Below the pieces are notes generated by a model that had not been told where the DNA came from, ran no database searches, and was given only the letters and a program-made list of their open reading frames with translations. The position numbers and the translations under genes were made by a program. Shown in pieces: positions 45,452 through 54,966 of a stretch of DNA of 64,000 nt (position 1 is the first letter of the stretch; each line of letters opens with the position of its first letter). Where the stretch lies: IMG/VR virus record IMGVR_UViG_3300002483_000009, positions 7,149 to 71,148 of that record. The stretch is one strand, 5' to 3'. The DNA comes from a virus.

Positions 45452-46911
45452 AAAACTTTCACTCCGTATTTTGCTGTCCAATCTTTACCATCTTTGGTGT
45501 CATTTACCATGGGCATACCCTTAATATTCAAACTGGTGTTCAAAAGTATTGGACAACCCGTTTCTTTCTTCCATGCTTTCAGCAGTTCATAAAACCCTTC
45601 ATTGTCGCTTTTTGACACGGTTTGCACCCTAGATGTGCCATCATAGTGTAATATGGCAGGACAGTCTTTACCATGCGTGTACGCCGCTGTATATTGCATA
45701 TAAGGGGTGTTTTTGACGCCGGTAGGTAGGGCAAAATAGTCGTTTACATCCTCTTCTAGTATGGCCGGAGCGAACGGTCTGAACTTCTGCCTTTTCTTGA
45801 TTGCGTTTACCAGATCCTTGATGTCCTCACCCCTCGGGTCTGCCAAAAGCGATCTATTACCAAGTGCCCTCGGTCCAAACTCTGCTCTGCCATTTGCGAC
45901 TCCCACCATCTTGTTTTCTTTCAATTCTTTTATTATTGCGTCCACAGGATACTCACCTTCTATGTTGTGTCCAAGGAATGGATGTTCCCATTTGATATGA
46001 GATTTTTCATTTGCCGCTATGCAACCCAAACTGGAACCTGCGTCTCCTGGATTTGGTATTATCCATATGTTGTCAAACAATCCAAGATTAGCCAACACTT
46101 TGTTGGCCGCACAGTTGAGTGCTACTCCACCGGCATATACCAAATTACGTGATCCATACTTGCTGGCTCTATGCCATAACCCTGCAAGGCATTCTTCTGT
46201 TACCGACTGTATACTTGCGGCGAGGTCCATGGGATCTGCTTCCGGATGCCAATCTCCCAACCCTCTGTGTAGATTCTGTTTGAGTTTGAAAGGAGATTGA
46301 TGCACGAAGTCGTTGTATATGTCATCTTTGTATTTTGGTTCACCGTAAGCGGCCATTCCCATTAGAATATATTCCTCCTCGGCAGGTTTCAGTCCACAAC
46401 GATGTGTGAATGCAGAATACAATATACCTAAACTATGTGGATATTTTATTGTTTCTTTTCTTTCTATCCAAATTTTTTCCGCTGTGCTTATTGAAACAGT
46501 ATCCCATTCACCTATTGCATCCACTGTCAGTATTGTTGCTTCTCTGAATGGCGATGTAAAGTATCCTGCGGCGGCGTGTGAGTCATGGTGTTTCACATAC
46601 TCATCTATCTTAATATTGAAGTGATCCAAGTGCCACTGTGGAAGTTCTGTGTAACTCAATGCGTCTGTGTATTGTCCTGCATATAGTTGACGTGTTTTCT
46701 TAAGCCAGGGTTTTTCGTAGTAAACAACCTTGTCGAAAGGTCCATATGTCATTGCCTCATTGACTATCGCCTGATTCAAATAATGATCATTCTTTACTTT
46801 GGAATAACGTTCTGCGTGTGCGGCCCAAAGTATTTTTCCTATTCCTGAACTGTAATCAACTACTGCCATAGCGGCATCATGATTCATGCAATTAATTCCC
46901 AGTATCTTCAT
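45448..46911 (-). CDS. Carbamoyltransferase (NodU/CmcH/TobZ family)
   Basis: HDAA, HHDSHAA, DAIGE, MGMAAYG, GGVALNC, EFGPRALGNRS, FRPFAP, NTSLN. Confidence 0.93.
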   Translation of the reverse strand: MKILGINCMNHDAAMAVVDYSSGIGKILWAAHAERYSKVKNDHYLNQAIVNEAMTYGPFDKVVYYEKPWLKKTRQLYAGQYTDALSYTELPQWHLDHFNIKIDEYVKHHDSHAAAGYFTSPFREATILTVDAIGEWDTVSISTAEKIWIERKETIKYPHSLGILYSAFTHRCGLKPAEEEYILMGMAAYGEPKYKDDIYNDFVHQSPFKLKQNLHRGLGDWHPEADPMDLAASIQSVTEECLAGLWHRASKYGSRNLVYAGGVALNCAANKVLANLGLFDNIWIIPNPGDAGSSLGCIAANEKSHIKWEHPFLGHNIEGEYPVDAIIKELKENKMVGVANGRAEFGPRALGNRSLLADPRGEDIKDLVNAIKKRQKFRPFAPAILEEDVNDYFALPTGVKNTPYMQYTAAYTHGKDCPAILHYDGTSRVQTVSKSDNEGFYELLKAWKKETGCPILLNTSLNIKGMPMVNDTKDGKDWTAKYGVKVL

Positions 46912-47059
46912 CTTCCTCCTTGTGCCATCCCATGTCTTCTATTTGTATGCTTTTACACTTAGGACAGACCCAACCTTCTTCTGTGTCAAAATCTTCTGCT
47001 AGTTCCTGTGCCACTCCCCGCCATTGACAGTCGTAACAATACCAGTTCCACCAAGTCAT
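46892..47059 (-). CDS. Small zinc-ribbon protein
   Basis: CYDC...CPKC; start at ATG 47059. Confidence 0.6.
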   Translation of the reverse strand: MTWWNWYCYDCQWRGVAQELAEDFDTEEGWVCPKCKSIQIEDMGWHKEEDEDTGN

Positions 47060-47703
47060 CCTATTTTGAAGAATCTTTTTGCTTTCTCGAGAGCCTTTTC
47101 CCAATCTTCAAGTGTGATGTCGTATTCGAAGTTCTGAGTCTTTTCATTGACTTGCAATTCCTTTGCACCATTTTTGATATGAAATCTTCTTGCCATTTCT
47201 GTCAATGGGGACAGTGTAACAAGTCTGTTTAGGTGATGTGATTTCTTTACCATCTTGTAAACTTCATTGACCATGTGTTTACCTCCACCTTTCTTCTTGG
47301 CCCACACTGTGTATGCTATTGCTATGTTACCTTGCACACCTGCTCTGTGTACTGCCTGCATGGCGGCGTCTTTACTCATTACATCCATTTCTTCCACAGT
47401 CTTGGGTACGTCATTGGTAAATGCAAAACACATAATTGCACATAAGTCACCCTCTTCGTCCTTTAATCCAAATATTTTTCTACCGTACGCCTGTCTAAAC
47501 GCAAGGTCCAGTTCTGGTCTCACAGGATCTTCTGAACAGTCTATGTATGGAAGTTCTATTAAATCAAACTTTGGTTCTTTCTCCAACTTCTTTTTTGTAT
47601 AATTTTGCAGTTTGTCGAACCTATCCATTAAATCTGTGATAGATGGATGTCCCCTCCACTTTTTAAGAACTTCTTGCAGTTTCTCTTTATTAAGTATGTC
47701 CAT
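47056..47703 (-). CDS. GNAT-fold protein resembling the malonyl-CoA decarboxylase catalytic core
   Basis: AIAYTVW...GGGK...LVTLSP. Confidence 0.45.
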   Translation of the reverse strand: MDILNKEKLQEVLKKWRGHPSITDLMDRFDKLQNYTKKKLEKEPKFDLIELPYIDCSEDPVRPELDLAFRQAYGRKIFGLKDEEGDLCAIMCFAFTNDVPKTVEEMDVMSKDAAMQAVHRAGVQGNIAIAYTVWAKKKGGGKHMVNEVYKMVKKSHHLNRLVTLSPLTEMARRFHIKNGAKELQVNEKTQNFEYDITLEDWEKALEKAKRFFKIG

Positions 47704-47706
47704 GTC

Positions 47707-47811
47707 CTATTTGTATATGAATGGGTCTTTCTTTTTTAATTCTTTCAGTCTTTTTCTGTACTTGATTTCTTCTCTTATTCTATTCCAAATATTTTTTAAC
47801 CATTTTATCAT
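47707..47811 (-). CDS. 34 aa basic peptide (MIKWLKNIW...KKKDPFIYK)
   Basis: Translated by hand; fills the gap; SD GGAGG. Confidence 0.55.
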   Translation of the reverse strand: MIKWLKNIWNRIREEIKYRKRLKELKKKDPFIYK

Positions 47812-48617
47812 CGTTTTCCTCCTATAAGATTATTAAACATTGGTTTCATTAACATTATAGCATCTTCGTGTGCTTTGTCTAGTGGATGTGTTACCCCCCT
47901 TTCGTAGTCGTTCAGCAAGGCCCATTGGTTGAAACCCATCATCCTTTCGCCAAAACTAAACCATTTGGTAAAATCAATTTCCTTGTGAAGTGCCTGGAGT
48001 AAAGGTTCGCCTTCCATAACATGTTTCAATTCATGGTAAAACAAACTATTATCGGCTAGTGTGAACATAAATGGTATGCCTTTCTTTTGTAAAATATTTT
48101 GCAACCAAATTATCGCATTCCAACTGAGATAGGTCTCATGGAACCAATTAGCGGCATGCCTATACAATGCATTTGCAAATGGTCTCACACCTGTCTGCTC
48201 GTAATTGTCTTCTCTTTTTTTCCATTCATTCAATTGCACTTCAGAATTTGCAAGTGTTCTATGTCTCTCTGCCGCACCTATGTTGGTGTCCCACGGCGAT
48301 ATAGAGGCCCATCTTGTGTTTTCCAATGTTTTATGTCTTGGGAATGCCCAGTCATACCTCGATGTGAACGTCCACATCACAAATACGCCTTTGATAGTTT
48401 TGTGGGGGTGTTTTGAAACTTCCTGGAACACCTTTCTCGCAATGGCACAGTTTCCTATTCCACCATCTGCCGTGTTAATTAATTTTTTGCCCAATCCTTG
48501 TGTCTGTTGGAACAACCTATACGCCCATGATTTTTTAGAGGGCACCTGTCCCTTGACATCATCACTGAGCTCATGTCCAAAAGTAAAACTACAACCACCT
48601 GCAATATAATTAATCAT
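47808..48617 (-). CDS. SGNH-like hydrolase/acyltransferase-related protein
   Basis: GCSFT block I, GIGN, C-terminal HPLDKAH. Confidence 0.55.
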   Translation of the reverse strand: MINYIAGGCSFTFGHELSDDVKGQVPSKKSWAYRLFQQTQGLGKKLINTADGGIGNCAIARKVFQEVSKHPHKTIKGVFVMWTFTSRYDWAFPRHKTLENTRWASISPWDTNIGAAERHRTLANSEVQLNEWKKREDNYEQTGVRPFANALYRHAANWFHETYLSWNAIIWLQNILQKKGIPFMFTLADNSLFYHELKHVMEGEPLLQALHKEIDFTKWFSFGERMMGFNQWALLNDYERGVTHPLDKAHEDAIMLMKPMFNNLIGGKR

Positions 48618-49788
48618 AAATCTGTAATACCTTATTTAAAAGTGGAAAAACTTCTCCAAAATTTTCTTTCCTGTACTTGTCTGTACGATGAATTCTCTGT
48701 ATTCTTTGTTCTCTAATTTCCGGCGTGTCCCTATCAGCCGCGTTCATAAATCTAATGCTAGGTTGATAGTCTGTGAGCATATGGTACCTGTCTGTCACAA
48801 TCTGTTTAACTTGTTTTGGTAGTGTTTGTATATTGAAAACATCTGGATCAAAACAGGTGTTCACATAAAAAAACTTGGGTTGGTACTGTGCCACCCATAA
48901 TGAAATCTTTGCCCAATTAAAAACATTGAATACAGATACTGTTGAACATATCTGGAAATCCATGTTCTCAGTTTTCCTTTGTTTAAACTTAACAAGGTTA
49001 GCACTTACTTCTCGCCATTTTGCAGGGTGCCTTTGATATTCAAATGCATCGCCTATATCGTCTATACTGAATGCTATCTCCACGTGTTTGAAATACGACC
49101 ATAAGTCAAATATCTCTTGTGGTGGTAACTGAGTGCCGTTGGTGTTGTAGTGTATATCTATGTTCTTGGCATATCCTTTTTCAACACAATGCATTAGTAT
49201 TTTGTAGTGGTCCTTTATCATGAACGGTTCACCTCCTGTGAACTCAAAGTACTCCACGTGTTTTAGATCCTCCTGCAACTCTTCAAAAAACTGTGGATTA
49301 CGTTTAGGCCATCCGCCCTCCTTTAATTGTTTCCTTGCAAGGGGATTGTCTTTGCCCTTGGCTGTTTCATAATCTATTTCTTCTTGAGCCCATTTTGAGG
49401 AACTCCACGATCCGCATATTCTACATTTTAAATTACACACATTGCCTAACTTAAAGTCTATGAACTTGAGCGTTGGCTCGCTATTAGGTGTCCAATCCAT
49501 CAAACTTTTCTTCATTTTATAAATGCTGTTTTGTCTTTTTGATGTTTTGCCTGCGTCCTCTTCTTGCCAGCAACTCTGACAACCAGCGGGGCGTTCACCA
49601 TTCTTAAATTTTTCCCTGAGTTTCTGCATGTATTCATGTCTCTGTATGTCACTTAGGTTTTGCTCATACACTTTGACATCAGGAATGCTACCTTTGTACA
49701 GACAGCAAGGCGATGCCCCACCGTTCACGTCAACTTCCAAGTGTGTCCAGGGTAATGGACATACATTTGATTTTATATACTTGTCCAC
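48610..49788 (-). CDS. Radical SAM protein with N-terminal SPASM/twitch domain
   Basis: CPLPW, PCC, CQSC; CNLKCRIC; TGGEP; TNG. Confidence 0.9.
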   Translation of the reverse strand: MDKYIKSNVCPLPWTHLEVDVNGGASPCCLYKGSIPDVKVYEQNLSDIQRHEYMQKLREKFKNGERPAGCQSCWQEEDAGKTSKRQNSIYKMKKSLMDWTPNSEPTLKFIDFKLGNVCNLKCRICGSWSSSKWAQEEIDYETAKGKDNPLARKQLKEGGWPKRNPQFFEELQEDLKHVEYFEFTGGEPFMIKDHYKILMHCVEKGYAKNIDIHYNTNGTQLPPQEIFDLWSYFKHVEIAFSIDDIGDAFEYQRHPAKWREVSANLVKFKQRKTENMDFQICSTVSVFNVFNWAKISLWVAQYQPKFFYVNTCFDPDVFNIQTLPKQVKQIVTDRYHMLTDYQPSIRFMNAADRDTPEIREQRIQRIHRTDKYRKENFGEVFPLLNKVLQIYD

Positions 49789-51170
49789 CAGTCTAATGCC
49801 TTTTTGTTTTTTGCTAATATTTTTGTTATGTCTGTTCCTCTAATTTTATCCAGGCGTTGGACTTCTGCTTTTCCTTGTTTTTGCCCTTGCTTGTATGTTT
49901 CTTCATCATACACCAATTCATTGTTTCTTTTTTGTTTCTGCATCTCGTCTAACTGCCCGAAAAAATTGTTTAAATTTTTATTTTTATATTTGATTGTTTT
50001 GTCTCTGGCGTCATTTATGATCTCGCTCATTATGTCATATGGCATAAACAAAGGAGCCATAGCATTGTCGTGTGAGAAATTGAACACTTGTTTAGTCAAT
50101 AATTCTATGTTGAGTTCGTTACTTAACATCACCATGTTTTCCAAATCGAAAAGACCCGGTAGGGTAATGGTCAAATCCAACTGCATTCTTTGATGTTGCT
50201 GTTTTACAAATTGTAGTCCATACTTCATGTTTGCCAACCATTCGTCATACTTTAAACCTGTCCTAATGTATTCTCCCACTTCTCCTGTACCATCAATTGA
50301 CGCACATATCTGCCAGTTAGGATAATGTTTCAATATGTCATCAAATAGATTGTACTTGTAGAAATTTATTCTGCTCATGTTGGAGTTGTATCTCGCCAAT
50401 ACTTGATCTTGATATCCTAGTTCCACAATCCTCTTCATTGCTTCCCAATGTATCTTCCACATTAGGGGTTCGCCTCCGCACCAATATAACTCGGTGATAC
50501 GTTTCTGTTCAACTGCTTCTGTGAATTCTTTTACCACTTGCTGATCATGGAATTGTTCTAACTGTGCTTTGATATCTTTTCTGCCCCAAATTCTGTAACG
50601 ATCATAATCACCTCTGCCGTTTTTCTTATTTTCAGTTTCCCAACTACTGCTCAGCATGTCGCCACACATTCTACAACTAAAATTACACAGATTAGAAAAC
50701 CTATAATCAAAACTCTCCACCTGCATTGTTGTGGCACCTGTCTCATCTGTGCTGTTGAATGCTTCTTCGATTTTATTTTTATACAACCAATTAAAATGTT
50801 GTCTGTACACTTGTTCGTTAAGGAGTTTGTGATTGCACACAGCACACTGCGGTATCTCTTCACCTGCCAATAATTTCAATCTCACACTTTTCATATAGTC
50901 TGAATTCCAATGCTGTTCCAATGTTGTGAGATTCATCTTATCATTATTTCCCTTTGGATCGAAGGTATCAATGTACTGTTTGAAATTGGTAGATGATTCA
51001 CGTGAACTGCAACATAAACGTCTTTCCATCTGCGGTGACAGATATGTGTGAGTCCATGGTGCCATGCAGAATGTTTTGTTTCCGTCTTTTGGCTTAATCC
51101 TTTGATTCATCTTAGACACAATACCATTCCTTGGCCACCTTTCATCTGCTGTTGGAAATCTATCTGCCAT
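49773..51170 (-). CDS. Radical SAM protein with N-terminal SPASM/twitch domain
   Basis: CMAPW, LCC, CAVC; CNFSCRMC; GGEP. Confidence 0.9.
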   Translation of the reverse strand: MADRFPTADERWPRNGIVSKMNQRIKPKDGNKTFCMAPWTHTYLSPQMERRLCCSSRESSTNFKQYIDTFDPKGNNDKMNLTTLEQHWNSDYMKSVRLKLLAGEEIPQCAVCNHKLLNEQVYRQHFNWLYKNKIEEAFNSTDETGATTMQVESFDYRFSNLCNFSCRMCGDMLSSSWETENKKNGRGDYDRYRIWGRKDIKAQLEQFHDQQVVKEFTEAVEQKRITELYWCGGEPLMWKIHWEAMKRIVELGYQDQVLARYNSNMSRINFYKYNLFDDILKHYPNWQICASIDGTGEVGEYIRTGLKYDEWLANMKYGLQFVKQQHQRMQLDLTITLPGLFDLENMVMLSNELNIELLTKQVFNFSHDNAMAPLFMPYDIMSEIINDARDKTIKYKNKNLNNFFGQLDEMQKQKRNNELVYDEETYKQGQKQGKAEVQRLDKIRGTDITKILAKNKKALDWWTSI

Positions 51171-51771
51171 TTTCAGCCTCTAGTGTGTCAGCCATGTTAT
51201 GATTTTCTTGTGCATGACCTCTTTCGTCTTCCCTTACTGCTGTCACAACGTCTCTTAATTTTGCATCATCTTTTAACCTATAATAATTTTTTGCAATTAG
51301 TGGAGCATCTATATTGTCTATTTTGCCTAGATCTATTGCCTTTAGATACGATGTGTAACTTATCACTGCTTGTTCCTCAAAATATCCAACCATCCTATGT
51401 GCAACTTTAGGGAAAAAAATGTAAAGGAACATATAGAAGTGCCAAAACAAAAATTGTGCCGTTATAATCATCCAACGTTCAAACCAATTTGGCTTCGCTA
51501 TTTCGATGAATATCATCAAGTGCATACGTTCATTTTCTGCTTCGGCAAGTAATTTTTGTATCCACCCTCTATCATCTGGTTTCATTTTTCTCAAACTACG
51601 CAGATGGTTCCACATTCCTGCTACCATGCCAGGCACACCTGCAACAGTTTCTAACACAACTGCCCTATGTCCATAACGTTTTGCAAAGAATGTATCTGCA
51701 ATCCACCTTAATCTCATAGTGAACCACAATGCACATTTGTCTCCAAAGTCTTTAGGTCTTCTATGCCTCAT
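51160..51771 (-). CDS. aox: Alternative oxidase (di-iron ubiquinol oxidase)
   Basis: LETVAGVPG, EAENERMHL, GYFEEQA, REDERGH; start at ATG 51771. Confidence 0.93.
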   Translation of the reverse strand: MRHRRPKDFGDKCALWFTMRLRWIADTFFAKRYGHRAVVLETVAGVPGMVAGMWNHLRSLRKMKPDDRGWIQKLLAEAENERMHLMIFIEIAKPNWFERWMIITAQFLFWHFYMFLYIFFPKVAHRMVGYFEEQAVISYTSYLKAIDLGKIDNIDAPLIAKNYYRLKDDAKLRDVVTAVREDERGHAQENHNMADTLEAENGR

Positions 51772-53050
51772 ATCTATCGAACAACTCCTTCCATTCAGGA
51801 AATACATCTGTAAAATTTTCATTTCTAATTTTATCATATTTTCTTGTTTCGTTTATAAACATTTCAAGTTTGTCTGTTTTATCTCTACGGAATAGATAAT
51901 CCAAAGCACTCTCATAACCTTTTGATGCACGTGTAAGGTGATCTTGTTTTTTTAACCATTCTATGTGTTTCTTATATTTTTCTTTAATTTTTTGTTTGTA
52001 ATCATCAGGTAAAAGATCCATACGTTGCCAGAGAGGATACTGCAACAAATTGAAGTTAAAGTCTTGTGCTTTGATAAGTCCTTGATCTACCCAGTTTTTA
52101 TGAAAATCAACTACGTGCAAAGAATTTGCAAGTCCTACCGTAGAACTTATATAAAAATCAACTTGTGGACATACTTCTAACATACGTTTTCTGTTTGCAA
52201 CTGTTTCTTCCCATACTGTACCTTTACGCATAAGTTCTGCACGTGGACCTTCTGCATCTAAACTTGCACCAATAGACACAGAATCAAATTTATTCCATAA
52301 TTCAAATATATCAGTACCTTTGAATTTAGATTTACTAAAGTTTGTATTGTAAATCAATCTTACATGATACATTTTACGTTTGTCTAACTCCTTTAATATC
52401 CGTAAATGTTCTTCCATTATAATAGGTTCACCTCCAGCAAAGTAAAACTGTTCTACATGATCAAATTGTTTCAGTAACTGCTCCCAAATATCATTACTGC
52501 TTCTACCAGCCCTCATAATTTTTGCATGTGGTGGGGGCGAACCTGTAAGTTTTTTGTGATCTTCGTACCAGTTACTACTAAACCAAGTGCCACAACTCCT
52601 GCAGGCCATGTTGCATAGGTTTGAGAAACGTATATCCCAATATTTGATTACAAAGTCAGCAGTACCATCTGGCTTTGTTGTATTGACCATGTCTATGTTG
52701 TGTCCAAAATGTTTGTTTGAACTTAGACGTAAACTAAAGAAACCTGATTTTTCTTGATCATAACATTTGAAACATTCTCGTGATGGTTTATTTGCCAACA
52801 TATTCAAACGCATCTGTTTCATCTTAGGACCATTGAACACTTCTTCCATTGATTGTTTGTTTACATCACCTACTGGCAATTTGTCTAATGCAAAACAACA
52901 AGGGTATGCTCTGCCGTCTGGAAATGCATGAAGGTGCATCCATGGTAACATACAGAAGTTATCACTATCTATCAACAACTCCTTTTGTTTAGGAGTCATG
53001 TCTTTTATCTTAAGTTTCTCGGGCTCTTTGGCCCCATACTCATATGCCAC
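51761..53050 (-). CDS. Radical SAM protein with N-terminal SPASM/twitch domain
   Basis: CMLPW, PCC, CFKC; CNMACRSC; AGGEP. Confidence 0.9.
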   Translation of the reverse strand: MAYEYGAKEPEKLKIKDMTPKQKELLIDSDNFCMLPWMHLHAFPDGRAYPCCFALDKLPVGDVNKQSMEEVFNGPKMKQMRLNMLANKPSRECFKCYDQEKSGFFSLRLSSNKHFGHNIDMVNTTKPDGTADFVIKYWDIRFSNLCNMACRSCGTWFSSNWYEDHKKLTGSPPPHAKIMRAGRSSNDIWEQLLKQFDHVEQFYFAGGEPIIMEEHLRILKELDKRKMYHVRLIYNTNFSKSKFKGTDIFELWNKFDSVSIGASLDAEGPRAELMRKGTVWEETVANRKRMLEVCPQVDFYISSTVGLANSLHVVDFHKNWVDQGLIKAQDFNFNLLQYPLWQRMDLLPDDYKQKIKEKYKKHIEWLKKQDHLTRASKGYESALDYLFRRDKTDKLEMFINETRKYDKIRNENFTDVFPEWKELFDRYEA

Positions 53051-54383
53051 GGTACCATTCTCCTATAATTGGGAAAGTTTTTTCAAAGTCCTTCCCTTGT
53101 CGTTTGTCATATTGACTGTAGAATGCTTTAAAGTCCTTTTGCAGTTTACTCTGTTCGGCCGCACCTGCGTGTGGTGTCTTTACTACATCTAAATAATCTA
53201 TTAATCTTTGTGTGTGGTTCACTTCCATTTGTTCTAAAAATTTTTCATTGCCTTTTAAAAACTTCACAAGGTCTTCTTTAAATCTGTTACGTAAGTCATC
53301 TGGCAATACTAAAGGACTTTGAAAACTTGGAAATCTTAAAATGTTTAGTGTATAATTTATTGTTGGTCCGTATATGGCACTTGCTGTTTTAAACCAAACT
53401 ATTTTTTCCAAAAACTCAGGCAATGACTCCAAGCATAATGCATTAATGGTACACATGTTATGAATTTCTGATGGAACTTTGTCAACCATCATGTGTAATA
53501 GATTAGAATGCCATTCGCCATAGTTTAATCCATCTCTGATATATTCTGCTTGTTTGAATGTTGCTTCACAACTTGTATATAAATGAAAGTGTTTAAATCC
53601 TTTCAGTTTGTTTTTAAATCTATCAATAATACTTTGTTTGGCACCAAGATTAGAATTTATTGCAAGACGCATACCGGGTCTCATTTTGTCTCCTTGCGTT
53701 TCGATCCAATCAAGCAGTCGCCATAGGTTAGGGGACATCATTGGTTCTCCTCCAGTGATACGTAATTCGTCCAGTGTTTTGTGTAGGTCGCTTTCCCACC
53801 ATTTATAAAATGCCTCGACATAAGGATTGGTCTCATCTTTTTTGTATGGTTCTGCCGAATCATGTGCATGGGTGAAGTGGTTACGTCCATCTGACATTAG
53901 GCTCATGTATGGTCCTTGATTTTTTATGTTGTTTGCCCATGTCGAACTAAAAGCAGGATTACAATACGTGCAGGCAAACTGACACACCCTGTCAAAAGCA
54001 ATTTCCAACGTTCTTAAATTAAAATCTTTTTGGTGATCAGACTTGTAAGCATCGTCGAGTTCTTTGTCAGTGTATATTTTTGATTTGTATACTCTGTCAC
54101 TGATTGCATCTCTGCCTATGTCCTCTATCTTCCAACAGTACTCACAACCTGCAGGTCTTTCTCCACACTGCATCTGTCTACGTTGTTCTTTCTTTTGCCT
54201 TGTGTTGTGTATTGCACTTGGATTCTTTTTAATTTCTTCTAAATCAATTTTGTGTGGCAATGGGTGATGGCAACTTGTGGTCATACCACTGCCCAACCAA
54301 ATAGTCGCATTGTACCATTTTGCCGCACAGAAACTTGCGGATTTAGTATCTAATTTTTTTTGTTTAAACTCTAAGTCGTCCAT
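53040..54383 (-). CDS. Radical SAM protein with N-terminal twitch-like domain
   Basis: CAAKW, SCHHP, CEYC; CQFACTYC; TGGEP; start at ATG 54383. Confidence 0.9.
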   Translation of the reverse strand: MDDLEFKQKKLDTKSASFCAAKWYNATIWLGSGMTTSCHHPLPHKIDLEEIKKNPSAIHNTRQKKEQRRQMQCGERPAGCEYCWKIEDIGRDAISDRVYKSKIYTDKELDDAYKSDHQKDFNLRTLEIAFDRVCQFACTYCNPAFSSTWANNIKNQGPYMSLMSDGRNHFTHAHDSAEPYKKDETNPYVEAFYKWWESDLHKTLDELRITGGEPMMSPNLWRLLDWIETQGDKMRPGMRLAINSNLGAKQSIIDRFKNKLKGFKHFHLYTSCEATFKQAEYIRDGLNYGEWHSNLLHMMVDKVPSEIHNMCTINALCLESLPEFLEKIVWFKTASAIYGPTINYTLNILRFPSFQSPLVLPDDLRNRFKEDLVKFLKGNEKFLEQMEVNHTQRLIDYLDVVKTPHAGAAEQSKLQKDFKAFYSQYDKRQGKDFEKTFPIIGEWYRGI

Positions 54384-54966
54384 ATACCTTATCTGCCCAT
54401 TGTTTATTTTGTTCAACTGTCATATGATTTATATCACCTTTGCCCCAGTTGTCTTTGCCGCCACTGAACTGAAACATACTTTCGTCTATGAATGTCCCGG
54501 TTTTTAATTTTATTCCTGCGTCCTTGTCTGCTGTCTCAAATGGTTTGAAACTCCACATCTGTACTATCTCACTTTTTACTTTTGATAACACTTCCTTATC
54601 ATAGTGCTTGATAGCATATTCGTACGCCATTTCGTCTTTGTCGTAGTTGTGTAAATATTTCCAATAATTGTCTAAAGTTTTGTAAATGTTTGGGTCAACA
54701 CCTTCCAATGGTTGTGTGTTTGCACTTAAAATTAAATTTGGATGATACAACCTGTAAGGTTCAGTCCAACAAAATATAGATATATCCGGAACCATATTGC
54801 TTCTTATAAGTTTATTGTATAGAAAGAACACACTCCAAATACTTCTACCTGGACTGCCAAACCATCTAATTCTTGCCGCTCCTAATTTCTCTTGTAAGAT
54901 ATTACACCAACTTTCGGGTTGGTTACTTGCACAGAAACTATCTCCAAAAAATCCTATTGTCTTCAT
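54364..54966 (-). CDS. SGNH-like protein
   Basis: FFGDSF block I; C-terminal NH. Confidence 0.55.
   Translation of the reverse strand: MKTIGFFGDSFCASNQPESWCNILQEKLGAARIRWFGSPGRSIWSVFFLYNKLIRSNMVPDISIFCWTEPYRLYHPNLILSANTQPLEGVDPNIYKTLDNYWKYLHNYDKDEMAYEYAIKHYDKEVLSKVKSEIVQMWSFKPFETADKDAGIKLKTGTFIDESMFQFSGGKDNWGKGDINHMTVEQNKQWADKVYGRLRV

Noticed and set aside
51160-51771. PTOX (cyanophage plastoquinol oxidase) call
   Set aside because: LETVAGVPG and NERMHL are AOX-type motifs, and no photosynthesis genes were seen
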